From: Macrostomum lignano
Taxonomy: Eukaryota
DNA length: 64,000 nucleotides
Assembly: GCA_002269645.1 (NCBI GenBank)
Contig: NIVC01001498.1
Coordinates: 124,001 to 188,000, forward strand
Direction of reading: 5' to 3'
The notes under the pieces were generated by a model. The model made no database searches, was not told the DNA's origin, and saw nothing but the letters and a program-made list of their open reading frames with translations. Shown here piece after piece: positions 43,065-55,909 of the stretch. Made by a program: the position numbers and the translations under genes. Position 1 is the stretch's first letter. Every line of letters starts with the position of its first letter.

Positions 43065-44400
43065 CGCTGTATACCCTAACTACCTATTCTAACAATTCTA
43101 CCAATTAGCTACCTACTCTGACAACATATTATACCATAATTAACATTGTCTACTCTACCCATTAGCTACCTACTCTGCCATACTCTAGCTAATCTACAAA
43201 TTAGCTACCTACTCTGACATACTTTAGCTAACTACCAATTAGCTACCTACTCTGCCATACTCTAGCTAACCTACCAATTAGCTACCTACTCTGCCATACT
43301 CTAGCTAACCTACCAATTAGCTACCTACTCTGCCATACTCTAGCTAACCTACCCATTAACTACCTACTCTGCCATACTCTAGCTAACCTACCAATTAGCT
43401 ACCTACTCTGCCATACTCTAGCTAACCTACCAATTAGCTACCTACTCTGCCATACTCTAGCTAACCTACCCATTAACTACCTACTCTGCCATACTCTAGC
43501 TAACCTACCAATTAGCTACCTACTCTGCCATACTCTAGCTAACCTACCAATTAGCTACCTACTCTGCCATACTCTAGCTAACCTACCAATTAGCTACCTA
43601 CTCTGCCATACTCTAGCTAACCTACCAATTAGCTACCTACTCTGCCATACTCTAGCTAACCTACCAATTAGCTACCTACTCTGCCATACTCTAGCTAACC
43701 TACCAATTAGCTACCTACTCTGCCATACTCTAGCTAACCTACCAATTAGCTACCTACTCTGCCATACTCTAGCTAACCTACCAATTAGCTACCTACTCTG
43801 CCATACTCTAGCTAATCTACCAATTAGCTACCTACTCTGCCATACTCTAGCTAACCTACCAATTAGCTACCTACTCTGCCATACTCTAGCTAACCTACCA
43901 ATTAGCTACCTACTCTGCCATACTCTAGCTAACCTACCAATTAGCTACCTACTCTGCCATACTCTAGCTAACCTACCAATTAGCTACCTACCCTGCCATA
44001 CTTTAGCTAACCTACCAATTAGCTACCTACTCTGCCATACTCTAGCTAATCTACCAATTAGCTACCTACTCTGCCATACTCTAGCTAACCTACCAATTAG
44101 CTACCTACTCTGCCATACTCTAGCTAACCTACCAATTAGCTACCTACCTGCCATACTCTAGCTAACCTACCAATTAGCTACCTACTCTGCCATACTCTAG
44201 CTAACCTACCAATTAGCTACCTACTCTGCCATACTCTAGCTAACCTACCAATTAGCTACCTACTCTGCCATACTCTATCTAATCTACCAATTACCTACTC
44301 TACTATACCCTGCCTAATCTTCTAATTAATTACCTACTCTGTCTACTCTACTAATTACCTATTCCCCCTAATCTTCTAATTACCTACTCTGCCTAATCTA
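43065..44400. repeat. 39-bp minisatellite (CTACCTACTCTGCCATACTCTAGCTAACCTACCAATTAG)n
   Basis: Homogeneous core ~43200-44290 with decayed edges. Confidence 0.97.
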
Positions 44401-45239
44401 TTATTTACCTACTCTGTCGCTCTAATTACCAACCAGCTACTCTAACTCAACGAACTCTAAACGATATATAAATTCGACATTACTTACAATATTAATCTAC
44501 TATACTACACGTTGCCATTCTACTATTTCAACACTACAGTACCTACGGTACCACTGTGTTCTCTACTCAACCATGGCAAAAAATCAACCAAGAAAAGAAA
44601 TTTTTACTTACGATCAACACATTGAGAAATTCTCCATCCAATAATTGACAGAAGACTTAAAATTAATAATGCTCTATTTTCCATATCGATAAAATCGCTA
44701 TTGATTCTTGCTTCAGACTAGTAAAGGCCAGAAATAAAAAAAATTAAATAAAATTTAACAGACTAACAATTTATGTACTATTGTGCATGTCCTTTGTTAT
44801 TATCTTAAGCCTCACTATTAAGGAGCTTAATTTTAAATTACAACTTAATCGTGGTTTATTTTAATAGGAACAACCACTCTATAGAAACTAGCCATTTATA
44901 ATTTTATTCAGAAGACAGGTCGCTTCAAAATGCATGGCCGTGTCTGGTAACTATATATATGAGCGAATCCAGGAAGGATGGATGTACGGGAGGGGAGAGA
45001 TGCATATGTAAGGAAAACCCTGCATTTCCTATCCCTTCACTCGCAGTGGCACGCTCTCTACATTTGCACAGTACACTGTCCACCAACCCGGCCGCTTCAT
45101 AGCCCACGAGATCGAATTTGGTTGGCTGGCAAACAGTGTTTCATTTTTTCTATGGTCTCTTTTTCTCTATTAAGCACTGTGGGTTTGTCCTGGCCTGACG
45201 CCTCGGCGTCTCGATGTCTTAGTTTCTACCAGTCTAGGG

Positions 45240-45605
45240 TCTTAGGGTCTTAGGGTTAGTGTCTCAGTGTCTTAGGGTCCCAGTGTCTCAGTGTCTTAGG
45301 GTCCCAGTGTCTCAGTGTCTTAGGGTCCCAGTGTCTCAGTGTCTTAGGGTCCCAGTGTCTCAGTGTCTTAGGGTCCCAGTGTCTCAGTGTCTTAGGGTCC
45401 CAGTGTCTCAGTGTCTTAGGGTCCCAGTGTCTCAGTGTCTTAGTGTCTCAGTGTCTTAGGGTACCAGTGTCTCAGTGTCTTAGGGTCCCAGTGTCTCAGT
45501 GTCTTAGGGTCCCAGTGTCTTAGGGTCCCAGTGTCTTAGGGTTCCAGTGTCTCAGTGTCTTAGGGTCCCAGTGTCTCAGTGTCTTAGGTCCAGTGTCTTA
45601 GGGTC
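45240..45605. repeat. 24-bp minisatellite made of three diverged 8-mers (GTGTCTCA GTGTCTTA GGGTCCCA)n
   Basis: Tandem periodicity. Confidence 0.93.
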
Positions 45606-46704
45606 TTAGGGCCCCCCAAAGCCTTTCTATCTGGTCCTCGGGTCCTTAGAAAGTTCACAACGGCAATCCGGTCCGCTAAACGTTTGTATCTCTTCTCAAC
45701 GTTGTTCTCTATAATCTCCTATCTCCTCCCCTCTCCTCTCTGCTCTCCTTTCCTTTCCTCTCCTCTCCTCTCCTCTTCTCTTTTTTCCTTCATTCCCTCG
45801 CCTCTCCTCCCCCTATCTCTTATCTCTTCTCCATTCCATTTCCTCTCTCCCCTGTTTCGGCCCGCAGTCATATTCTAGGTTCCCAATCTCTATCTGGCCC
45901 TTGAGATAAAAGAGTCCCTACCCCTGCTCTACTTTATATTATAGCATTGGTGCATTAGTTTCATTTAAATCTGGGATTTTCATAGAGAGAAATTTAATAT
46001 ATATTGTATTACGAGCTACTTAAACTTACATCGCATTTAGCCCTGATATATTTAACGCGCTTATCAAAGCATTGGCTAGGACTGATACTTTTTTGACTTA
46101 AAAATCTATATTCACTGAATGCTACCTTGCACGGAGGCTTCAGCTAGCCTAGCCTGCCGCAGCCGCAGACCCCATCAACCATCATGAATCCCATCCGTGA
46201 CAGTTTTACTATCTGACCATCCGCTAAGCTAAGCCTGCTGGTTGCAGCCTCCCTCCCTGCCTCGGTATGATTAAGAATGTTGTTTTGCGTATCGTATAGG
46301 AGCTGCAAGCCTGCATGCAGTAATGGAGTCAATCCTTCACATGGTCGCAGGTCATACAATTTTTACCTTTGACTACTATATGGCTCCGTATCTGCTCTGT
46401 ATCGCGCGATTCATTCATTTTTTGATGGATGCTCTTTTCTCTCCCTCTCTTGGGCTTTAAACTCTCCAAATTTCTATTCCCATCTTAGGGTAATATGAGA
46501 ACAAAGCTTCTACAATCATATTCTCGTTATTGTAAGTTTTTGCGTCAAGTCATTTAAATCGCTCAATTCACTTTAAGCCGGAATTCATAGATGACAGAAA
46601 CGAGAATTTATTTATGAGCAGGGCTACCCTACCGATTTCCAGTAGATTTTCAGTGCGCCTCGAGTTTTGGCTCAGAGTCTAAAGCTTAGATTCTCATCTG
46701 AGTC

Positions 46705-47305
46705 ATCCAAGTCCCAGAATCCTCAGAACCCAAGTCCTAGAATCCTCAGATCCCAAGTCCCAGAATCCTCAGATCCCAAGTCCCAGAATCCTCAGATCCC
46801 AAGTCCCAGAATCCTCAGATCCCAAGTCCCAGAATCCTCAGATCCCAAGTCCCAGAATCCTCAGATCCCAAGTCCCAGAATCCTCAGATCCCAAGTCCCA
46901 GAATCCTCAGATCCCAAGTCCCAGAATCCTCAGATCTCAAGTCCCAGAATCCTCAGATCCCAAGTCCCAGAATCCTCAGATCCCAAGTCCCAGAATCCTC
47001 AGATCTCAAGTCCCAGAATCCTCAGATCCCAAGTCCCAGAATCCTCAGATCCCAAGTCCCAGAATCCTCAGATCCCAAGTCCCAGAATCCTCAGATCTCA
47101 AGTCCCAGAATCCTCAGATCCCAAGTCCCAGAATCCTCAGATCCCAAGTCTCAGAATCCTCAGATCCCAAGTCCCAGAATCCTCAGATCCCAAGTCCCAG
47201 AATCCTCAGATCCCAAGTCCCAGAATCCTCAGATCCCAAGTCCCAGAATCCTCAGATCCCAAGTCCCAGAATCCTCAGATCCTAAGTCCCAGAATCCTCA
47301 GATCT
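46705..47305. repeat. 23-bp minisatellite (CAGATCCCAAGTCCCAGAATCCT)n
   Basis: Tandem periodicity. Confidence 0.97.
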
Positions 47306-47854
47306 TGATACTTAATCATTACTTTGAGCCTAATAATTTTTATTCAGCTATGCAGAAGCTTGATACCCACTCAGGCAAAAAACAGAAAGACAGATGGGTG
47401 GAAAACTTCCAAATAGCTAAGGATAAACAGAAGGTAACCCTTGGTCCCGAATTCGGCAGTCTTCTCCGTCTTGCCCCGCTGTCTGGCATCTGTGCCTGAA
47501 TTTTCCATCTCTTTGCCCAGAATGATTTCAGCATTCGAGTTATAGATTCAACATTTACACTTGGGACTGGCAGTCCCAACTTCTATCCAATCCCCAATAC
47601 CGCTCCCCAGCCAAAAATGCCAAATTGCCAAAAACTCCGGAGAGCTGGCTATAAATTTCTATGCTAAAGGATCCGCGCTCGCGCCAATGCCCGGCGGGAT
47701 GGGATAATACGCTCGTACAAGGGGAGATATTAAAAGAATAACCCCGTTTTTTAATGCTAAACAGATTGCTACGCCTGCCACAGATCATGGACTTTTTGAA
47801 CTCTCACTTGGACTAGACAGACGGACAGACAATAAGACAGACAGAAAGACAGAT

Positions 47855-48165
<311 letters not shown>

Positions 48166-48587
48166 GTAGATAGCGAGAAAGAGCGAGCGAAGCGAGCTCT
48201 TTCGAGCTTGCTTGCCGCAGCCAATCAAGCTGAATGCACGCACACAAGATCACCGGAAACGAATAAGGCAGCTGGAAAGCCAATGGGCGCGGTAAGCGCT
48301 TTTATCCAGAGGAACTACCTGCTGGAACCAGCCTGCCGTTCGAAAATCAGACTACTCAAGTAGTGCAAAAGAGTGCGAGCAACTACCGAGAAATCTAATT
48401 TTCGTAACCGCTCCGGTGCAGGTCCTGGCAATAGATGGTAGATAGCGAGAAAGAGCGAGCGAAGCGAGCGAGTCCATGGAGCGAAGCGAGTCCATGGTGC
48501 CAGTTGGATGCACAGCTGTTTAAACCTTCTGTTAAAACTGAATCTAGTGTCACTGAAAAACTGAAGAGATAGAGAAATAGGTAGGTA

Positions 48588-48920
<333 letters not shown>

Positions 48921-49454
48921 AGGAAAGCGCACAGAAATATTGCACAGAAATGTTGCGCAGTAAGTGCAACGCTAAGCATTGTACCATGAGTTCCGTGTGT
49001 GGTCCCATCCAGTCTTGGATTACATCTGTTTACAGTATAAACTGGAAACGCGGCCCCACTGTCGGTTAAACAGTGCCAAATGATAACAAGGATTATCAGG
49101 CAATTGTTTCGCTGGATTTGCGAGCTTAGACCGGGTGGAATATAAAAATTATGCCGGTACGCTGCAGAAAAAAAACACTGCATAGGCCGAGAGACACACT
49201 TCAAACCTACAAGCAAGTTTGGGAATCGTTTACAAAACTGATCTAGGCAGAATCGGAGGGTACAGTAGATGCATAAAAAACGCATTCCGAAGCGGGGATA
49301 AGACTAAATAATGATTATTTCATTTGAGAGGGGACGAGTGCCGGAGCGAAAAAGTTGTGGGTTCAAGGCTGCTGAGACCCATCCTGTTCGCCGTTACGCC
49401 CTGTAGTGAAGCTTAAAACTGCGGAAATCGAATTAAAAACAGGGTAGAGAAGGG

Positions 49455-49607
49455 CTAGAAGAGGATAGAGAAAGAGAGAGAAAGAGAGAGACAGAGAGAA
49501 TAGAGTAGATGGAAGATAAGGAGAAAAGAGAAGAGACAAGAGAAGAGAGGTGGAAAGAAGAGATGAGATATTTTTATTAGAAAGAGATTAAGGGACAGGG
49601 GAGACAT

Positions 49608-49641
<34 letters not shown>

Positions 49642-49642
49642 G

Positions 49643-49693
<51 letters not shown>

Positions 49694-50160
49694 GAGAGAG
49701 AGAGAGACGAGAGAAGAGGAAAGAGAGGGAAACGAGAGAAGAGAAGAGATGAGACACGAAAGAAGAGGAGACAGGAAAGAGGAGAGATGAGACACGAGAG
49801 ATGAGGAGAGATGATACACGAGAGAAAAGGAGACAGGAGAGAGGAGAGATGAGACACGAGAGATGAGGAGAGATGAGACACGAGAGAAAAGGAGACAGGA
49901 GAGATGAGAGATGAGACACGAGAGAAAAGGAGACAGGAGAGATGAGAGATGAGACACGAGAGAAAAGGAGACAGGAGAGAGGAGAGATGAGACACGAGAG
50001 ATGAGGAGAGATGAGACACGAGAGAAAAGGAGACAGGAGAGATGAGAGATGAGACACGAGAGAAGAGGAGACAGGAGAGAGGGGGAGAGATGAAGGAGTT
50101 GTGGGGATATAGGAGACAAGAGATAGGGAAATAAGAGGAGAGGAGAGGGGAAGAAGAAAG
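49455..50160. repeat. GA-rich low-complexity tract with (GA)n and degenerate GAGATGAGACACGAGA units
   Basis: Direct reading. Confidence 0.9.
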
Positions 50161-50989
50161 ATGAGGGTAGACTTCGAACTCGAAGCGAGGGAGTGTAGAA
50201 AAGCAGTGAGAGAAGACATCAAAGAACCGCAGTGACACACCGCATTGAGTCATTAATACGCAGTCAAAATTTATCACACAAACGGCGCAACAAGCAAAAC
50301 AAATTTCTATTTTATAGAATAGCATGAGATTTAATTTTACAAAAATAATAATCAGACTACGATATAATCGAGGCTTCGTCTTTTTAGCAATTGCGCAGCG
50401 CAGCTGTTTAAACTCAAACATATTTCTTCTTCTTGCTTCCAACCGCCTTGGCAACAAGGAATGAAATAAATAAATAAAGAACTGGCTCAGAACATGTATT
50501 TCCTCTTCTTTTATCCACCGCTCTCTTCTAGCGGAGTCCCGCAATTGGGGCATCAGTCCGGGGTGCTTTGGAACAGCGGAAATACACCGAGCTCAAACTC
50601 AACTCGGGATTTCAATATCTAGGAGCGAGCCGGAGCGAGCTAAATAGAAGCGAGTCACCAGATAAGATAAGAAAACCAGATGTTGGATTTGAGATAGGCG
50701 CTTAGCATGTAGAAAAAAGCATGTATCGGTAGTATTCGAATGATGATTTGTCTATATCTGAAGAGACGAGAACCAATAACAGATGAGATGAGATGACGCT
50801 ACTGACAAGTTAGACATTTCAACTGTCATTTTGGGTGCAAAATTATCGTATAATATATTCAGTTCAGATATATACATGTATGATAGGGAACCACTGATTG
50901 ATTGATTGGACTCCAGTTTCACAATGCGAGTAGAATGCTGCTATTTGGGATATTTTGTGTAGAGAATCTGCAATACTATCCATTTCAGC

Positions 50990-53830
50990 TCCCACGTCAT
51001 ATCCCTGTTAGCTCCCCCGTCATATCCCTGTTAACTCCCCTGTCATATCCCTGTTAGCTCCCCTGTCATATCCCTGTTAGCTCCTCTGTCATATCCCTGT
51101 TAGCTCCCCCGTCATATCCCTGTTAGCTCCCCTGTCATATCCCTGTTAGCTCCTCTGTCATATCCCTGTTAGCTCCCCTGTCATATCCCTGTTAGTTCCC
51201 CTATAATATCACTGTTAGCTTCCCCGTCATATCCCTGTTAACTCCTCTGTCATATCCCTGTTAGCTCCCCCGTCATATCCCTGTTAGCTCCCCTGTCATA
51301 TCCCTGTTAGTTCCCCTATAATATCCCTGTTAGCTTCCCCGTCATATCCCTGTTAACTCCCCTGTCATATCCCTGTTAACTCCCCTGTCATATCCCTGTT
51401 AGCTCCCCCGTCGTATCCCTGTTAGCTCCCCTGTCATATCCCTGTTAACTCCCCCGTCATATCCCTGTTAGCTCCCCTGTCATATCCCTGTTAGCTCCCC
51501 TGTCATATCCCTGTTAGTTCCCCTATAATATCCCTGTTAGCTTCCCCGTCATATCCCTGTTAACTCCCCTGTCATATCCCTGTTAACTCCCCTGTCATAT
51601 CCCTGTTAGCTCCCCCGTCGTATCCCTGTTAGCTCCCCTGTCATATCCCTGTTAACTCCCCTGTCATATCCCTGTTAGCTCCCCTGTCATACCCCTGTTA
51701 GCTCTCCTCTCATATCCCTGTTAGTTCCCCTGTAATATCCCTGTTAGTTCCCCTGTAATATCCCTGTTAACTGCCCTGTCATATCCCTGTTAGCTTTCCC
51801 GTCATTTCCCTGTTAGCTCCCCCGTCATATCCCTGTTAACTCCACTGTCATATCCCTGTTAGCTCCCCCGTCATATCCCTGTTAGCTCCCCCGTCATATC
51901 CCTGTTAGCTCCCCTGTCATATCCCTGTTAGTTCCCCTATAATATCACTGTTAGCTTCCCCGTCATATCCCTGTTAACTCCCCTGTCATATCCCTGTTAG
52001 CTCCCCTGTCATATCCCTGTTAGCTCTCCTCTCATATCCCTGTTAGTTCCCCTGTAATATCACTGTTAGTTCCACTGTCATATCCCTGTTAGCTCTCCTC
52101 TCATATCCCAGTTAATTCCCCTGTAATATCCCTGTTAGCTCCCCCGTCATATCCCTGTTAACTCCACTGTCATATCCCTGTTAGCTCTCCTCTCATATCC
52201 CTGTTAGTTCCCCTGCAATATCCCTGTTAGCTCCCCCGTCATATCCCTGTTAGCTCCCCCGTCATATCCCTGTTAGCTCCCCTGTCATATCCCTGTTAGC
52301 TCCCCTGTCATATCCCTGTTAGTTCCCCTATAATATCACTGTTAGCTTCCCCGTCATATCCCTGTTAACTCCCCTGTCATATCCCTGTTAGCTCCCCTGT
52401 CATATCCCTGTTAGCTCTCCTCTCATATCCCTGTTAGTTCCCCTGTAATATCCCTGTTAACTCCCCTGTCATATCCCTGTTAGCTCTCCTCTCATATCCC
52501 AGTTAATTCCCCTGTAATATCCCTGTTAGCTCCCCCGTCATATCCCTGTTAGCTCCCCCGTCATATCCCTGTTAGCTCCTCTGTCATATCCCTGTTAGCT
52601 CCCCCGTCATATCCCTGTTAGCTCCCCTGTCATATCCCTGTTAGCTCCCCTGTCATATCCCTGTTAGTTCCCCTATAATATCACTGTTAGCTTCCCCGTC
52701 ATATCCCTGTTAACTCCCCTGTCATATCCCTGTTAGCTCCCCTGTCATATCCCTGTTAGCTCTCCTCTCATATCCCTGTTAGTTCCCCTGTAATATCACT
52801 GTTAGCTCCCCCGTCATATCCCTGTTAACTCCACTGTCATATCCCTGTTAGCTCTCCTCTCATATCCCTGTTAGTTCCCCTGTAATATCACTGTTAGTTC
52901 CACTGTCATATCCCTGTTAGCTCTCCTCTCATATCCCAGTTAATTCCCCTGTAATATCCCTGTTAGCTCCCCCGTCATATCCCTGTTAACTCCACTGTCA
53001 TATCCCTGTTAGCTCTCCTCTCATATCCCTGTTAACTCCACTGTCATATCCCTGTTAGCTCTCCTCTCATATCCCTGTTAGCTCCCCCGTCATATCCCTG
53101 TTAGCTCCTCTGTCATATCCCTGTTAGCTCCCCCGTCATATCCCTGTTAGCTCCTCTGTCATATCCCTGTTAGCTCCCCCGTCATATCCCTGTTAGCTCC
53201 CCCGTCATATCCCTGTTAGCTCCCCTGTCATATCCCTGTTAGTTCCCCTATAATATCACTGTTAGCTTCCCCGTCATTTCCCTGTTAGCTCCCCCGTCAT
53301 ATCCCTGTTAACTCCACTGTCATATCCCTGTTAGCTCTCCTCTCATATCCCAGTTAATTCCCCTGCAATATCCCTGTTAGCTCCCCCGTCATATCCCTGT
53401 TAGCTCCCCCGTCATATCCCTGTTAGCTCCTCTGTCATATCCCTGTTAGCTCCCCCGTCATATCCCTGTTAGCTCCCCCGTCATATCCCTGTTAGCTCCC
53501 CTGTCATATCACTGTTAGCTCCCCCGTCATATCCCTGTTAACTCCACTGTCATATCCCTGTTAGCTCTCCTCTCATATCCCAGGTAATTCCCCTGTAATA
53601 TCCCTGTTAGCTCCCCCGTCATATCCCTGTTAGCTCCCCCGTCATATCCCTGTTAGCTCCTCTGTCATATCCCTGTTAGCTCCCCCGTCATATCCCTGTT
53701 AGCTCCCCCGTCATATCCCTGTTAGCTCCCCTGTCATATCCCTGTTAGCTCCCCCGTCATATCCCTGTTAGCTCCCCCGTCATATCCCTGTTAGCTCCCC
53801 TGTCATATCACTGTTAGCACTCCTGTCACC
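50990..53830. repeat. 23-bp minisatellite (GTCATATCCCTGTTAGCTCCCCC)n, ~120 copies
   Basis: ATCCCTGTTA at 51001, 51024 and onward; interspersed sequence variants. Confidence 0.98.
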
Positions 53831-54802
53831 CCCTCTAATTTGTTCTATCTTAAATAATTGTATATTGATGTACTATAAAAAATGATATATACAGTCCGCA
53901 TCGATTTACGGACAGCAACTAATTTGCATAGCGGCAGTATAGTAACCACTGAGCCGGCGCTTAGCTGTAGATAAAAAAAGTCAGACAGCCAGACAGACTC
54001 CCCAATATGGTAAATAATAGTGCACAACCAGAAAGCGTAATGGGAGTAATTTACGATTTTAATATATAATATAGAAAACTGAGCTCTGAAACTATGCTCA
54101 CAAAACTGGTAGTTGCCATGCGAGTATGAGTGCAGCAACAGCACATAGAAATAGTTTCGGAATCAGGCTGGCTACACGTGTAATAGGCTAGGATCTCACC
54201 TTGATTTACAACTACAGTCCTATTTGAGTAGACTGGTCAGTGAGACGACTGCAATAAGTCAGGCGCTGAATTGCCTGAGCAAGTGGATTGCTAATTTCAG
54301 CTTTAAAAAATTGCCGCCTCCCCCCCCTCCCTAATTGCACACGCAGTAATAACAAATTTGTAGGAGCTACACAAATTTCGAATGTTGGTTCTTATTTGCC
54401 TACTTACATGCTGGTGCTAGTAGGATATAAGGAACATAACAATCTAACACAGTGGCGCGCGACATGTTCTCCGTGTGTTCATAGGGAGGGGACACTGGAT
54501 GTACACTGGATGTACATGGATGTACATACTTCAAACTTTATCGCTATCATTCCGTCCCTGGACTTTGCCTCTCGACTTTTGGACCAACAGACATGTACTT
54601 CAAATATTGATTGAATTTACTTACACCCCAAAATTTTGTTTTTATTTACTGCCGATCTCACTCGTTTCTTTCGCTCAAAAATAAACCTGAAGATGCACAG
54701 TATCGTGCGAAACGCGTCGTTCAATTAAATTAATTTAATGTTGATTTTTGCCTTCCTATTCATCGTACTTGTCAAGCGAGCAACTTTACCTGAATTATGC
54801 TA

Positions 54803-55103
54803 TTAATAATAATTGATTACACCTGCCCCATTGGCCAGATGTGCAACCGATAGCTCAGCCGCAGCGATTGCGCGGCGCATCTGAAGGCTGCGTACGGCTG
54901 TTCAGTCCAAGGACTGGGGGGGTCGCCACACGCAGCCTCAATTACCCCAGCTAATGCTGGCACTAATTTTACAGCCGGTTGAACTGAAGCAATGCAGTTA
55001 AGTTTAATGCTCAAGGACACTAATTGTTCCAGTGGGACCGGGAATCGAACCCCCAACCTTCCAAGTCGTGAGTCCAACGCTCTATCCACTAGGTTACAAC
55101 CCC
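54803..55103 (-). mobile_element. Full-length 301-bp tRNA-derived SINE
   Basis: Minus strand: GGGGTTGTAACCTAGTGGATAGAGCG (A box), GGTTCGATTCC (B box; + strand 55041-55051), central GTGTCCTTGAGC...CTTAAC...GCTGTAAAA segment, and an (ATT)n-like tail. Flanked by an 8-bp TSD TTATGCTA at 54795-54802 and 55104-55111. Confidence 0.88.
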
Positions 55104-55909
55104 TTATGCTAGAATAGATATTTTCTAGGAAATCAATAGGAAATCAATCAGACTGATTTTACTGCTTTAAGTAGTATTTTCTGCAAACCTTTCAAGCAAA
55201 GCGCCAGAGGCATACAGAAATTGCCCTGACAGATAGATATGACAAAATCTTAGCTGAAATTTCTCTTAATTCGAAATCAAGCAAGCGCGAGCGACCCGAG
55301 AGAGACAAAAAATAAAAGAGGTTTGTTTGCTCAACAACCTGCTGCTGATGCTGGGATCCACCGTGTCAAACAAAACACACCGGTTCCGATCCAGAAATGG
55401 GAGTGGCTGGGAATGGAGACGGACTATTCGGGCCCTGGCATACATAAACCGAAGATATGTCAGGCTTCGGTTTCGTATAAACAAATCTCTAACTGAATCC
55501 CCTTATCCCCAGATTTAATACCGAAAGAAGAAAGTGAATTCCGACAGAGAGGGGAAAGACTGGGGGAAGGGAGAAGTTTTTCGGGTTAAAAGGATTTATA
55601 GACTAGTCAAACTTGAATCCGTAATAGATTTTGGGAATTGGGGATGACCCTAACTCAATTGTAGGCCGAAGCTGAAGAGGAACTTCTGCATACAGTTTAC
55701 TTCAGAGTGCAATCGCACTCGTTCAAGAATGGCCCATGTCCGTTCGGGTTGCTTGGTAGCAGCTGAACCTCAGAACCACTTTTTCTGCACTGCCAAGTGA
55801 ACTGAATAAATATTCATATATAAATGGGACACGGAAATACGGAACGCGAAATTCCGGTTTCGAAAGCTAGTTCAGGTTAAATATTTTACTTAACTGACTA
55901 ACGAATTGG

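Noticed and set aside
45240-45605. TTAGGG hexamers as an interstitial telomere
   Set aside because: TTAGGG arises once per 24-bp unit from the junction of 8-mers (GTCTTA|GGGTC); there are no consecutive TTAGGG runs.
42582-46359. ORFs 42582-43055, 44978-45253 and 46144-46359 (also 59900-60157)
   Set aside because: No domain motifs, no consistent splice chain, and atypical composition.
54817-55103. tRNA gene, or a 90-aa protein
   Set aside because: Only the 5' part is tRNA-like, with no full cloverleaf or acceptor stem. The TSD and tail show it is a SINE, and the ORF is incidental.
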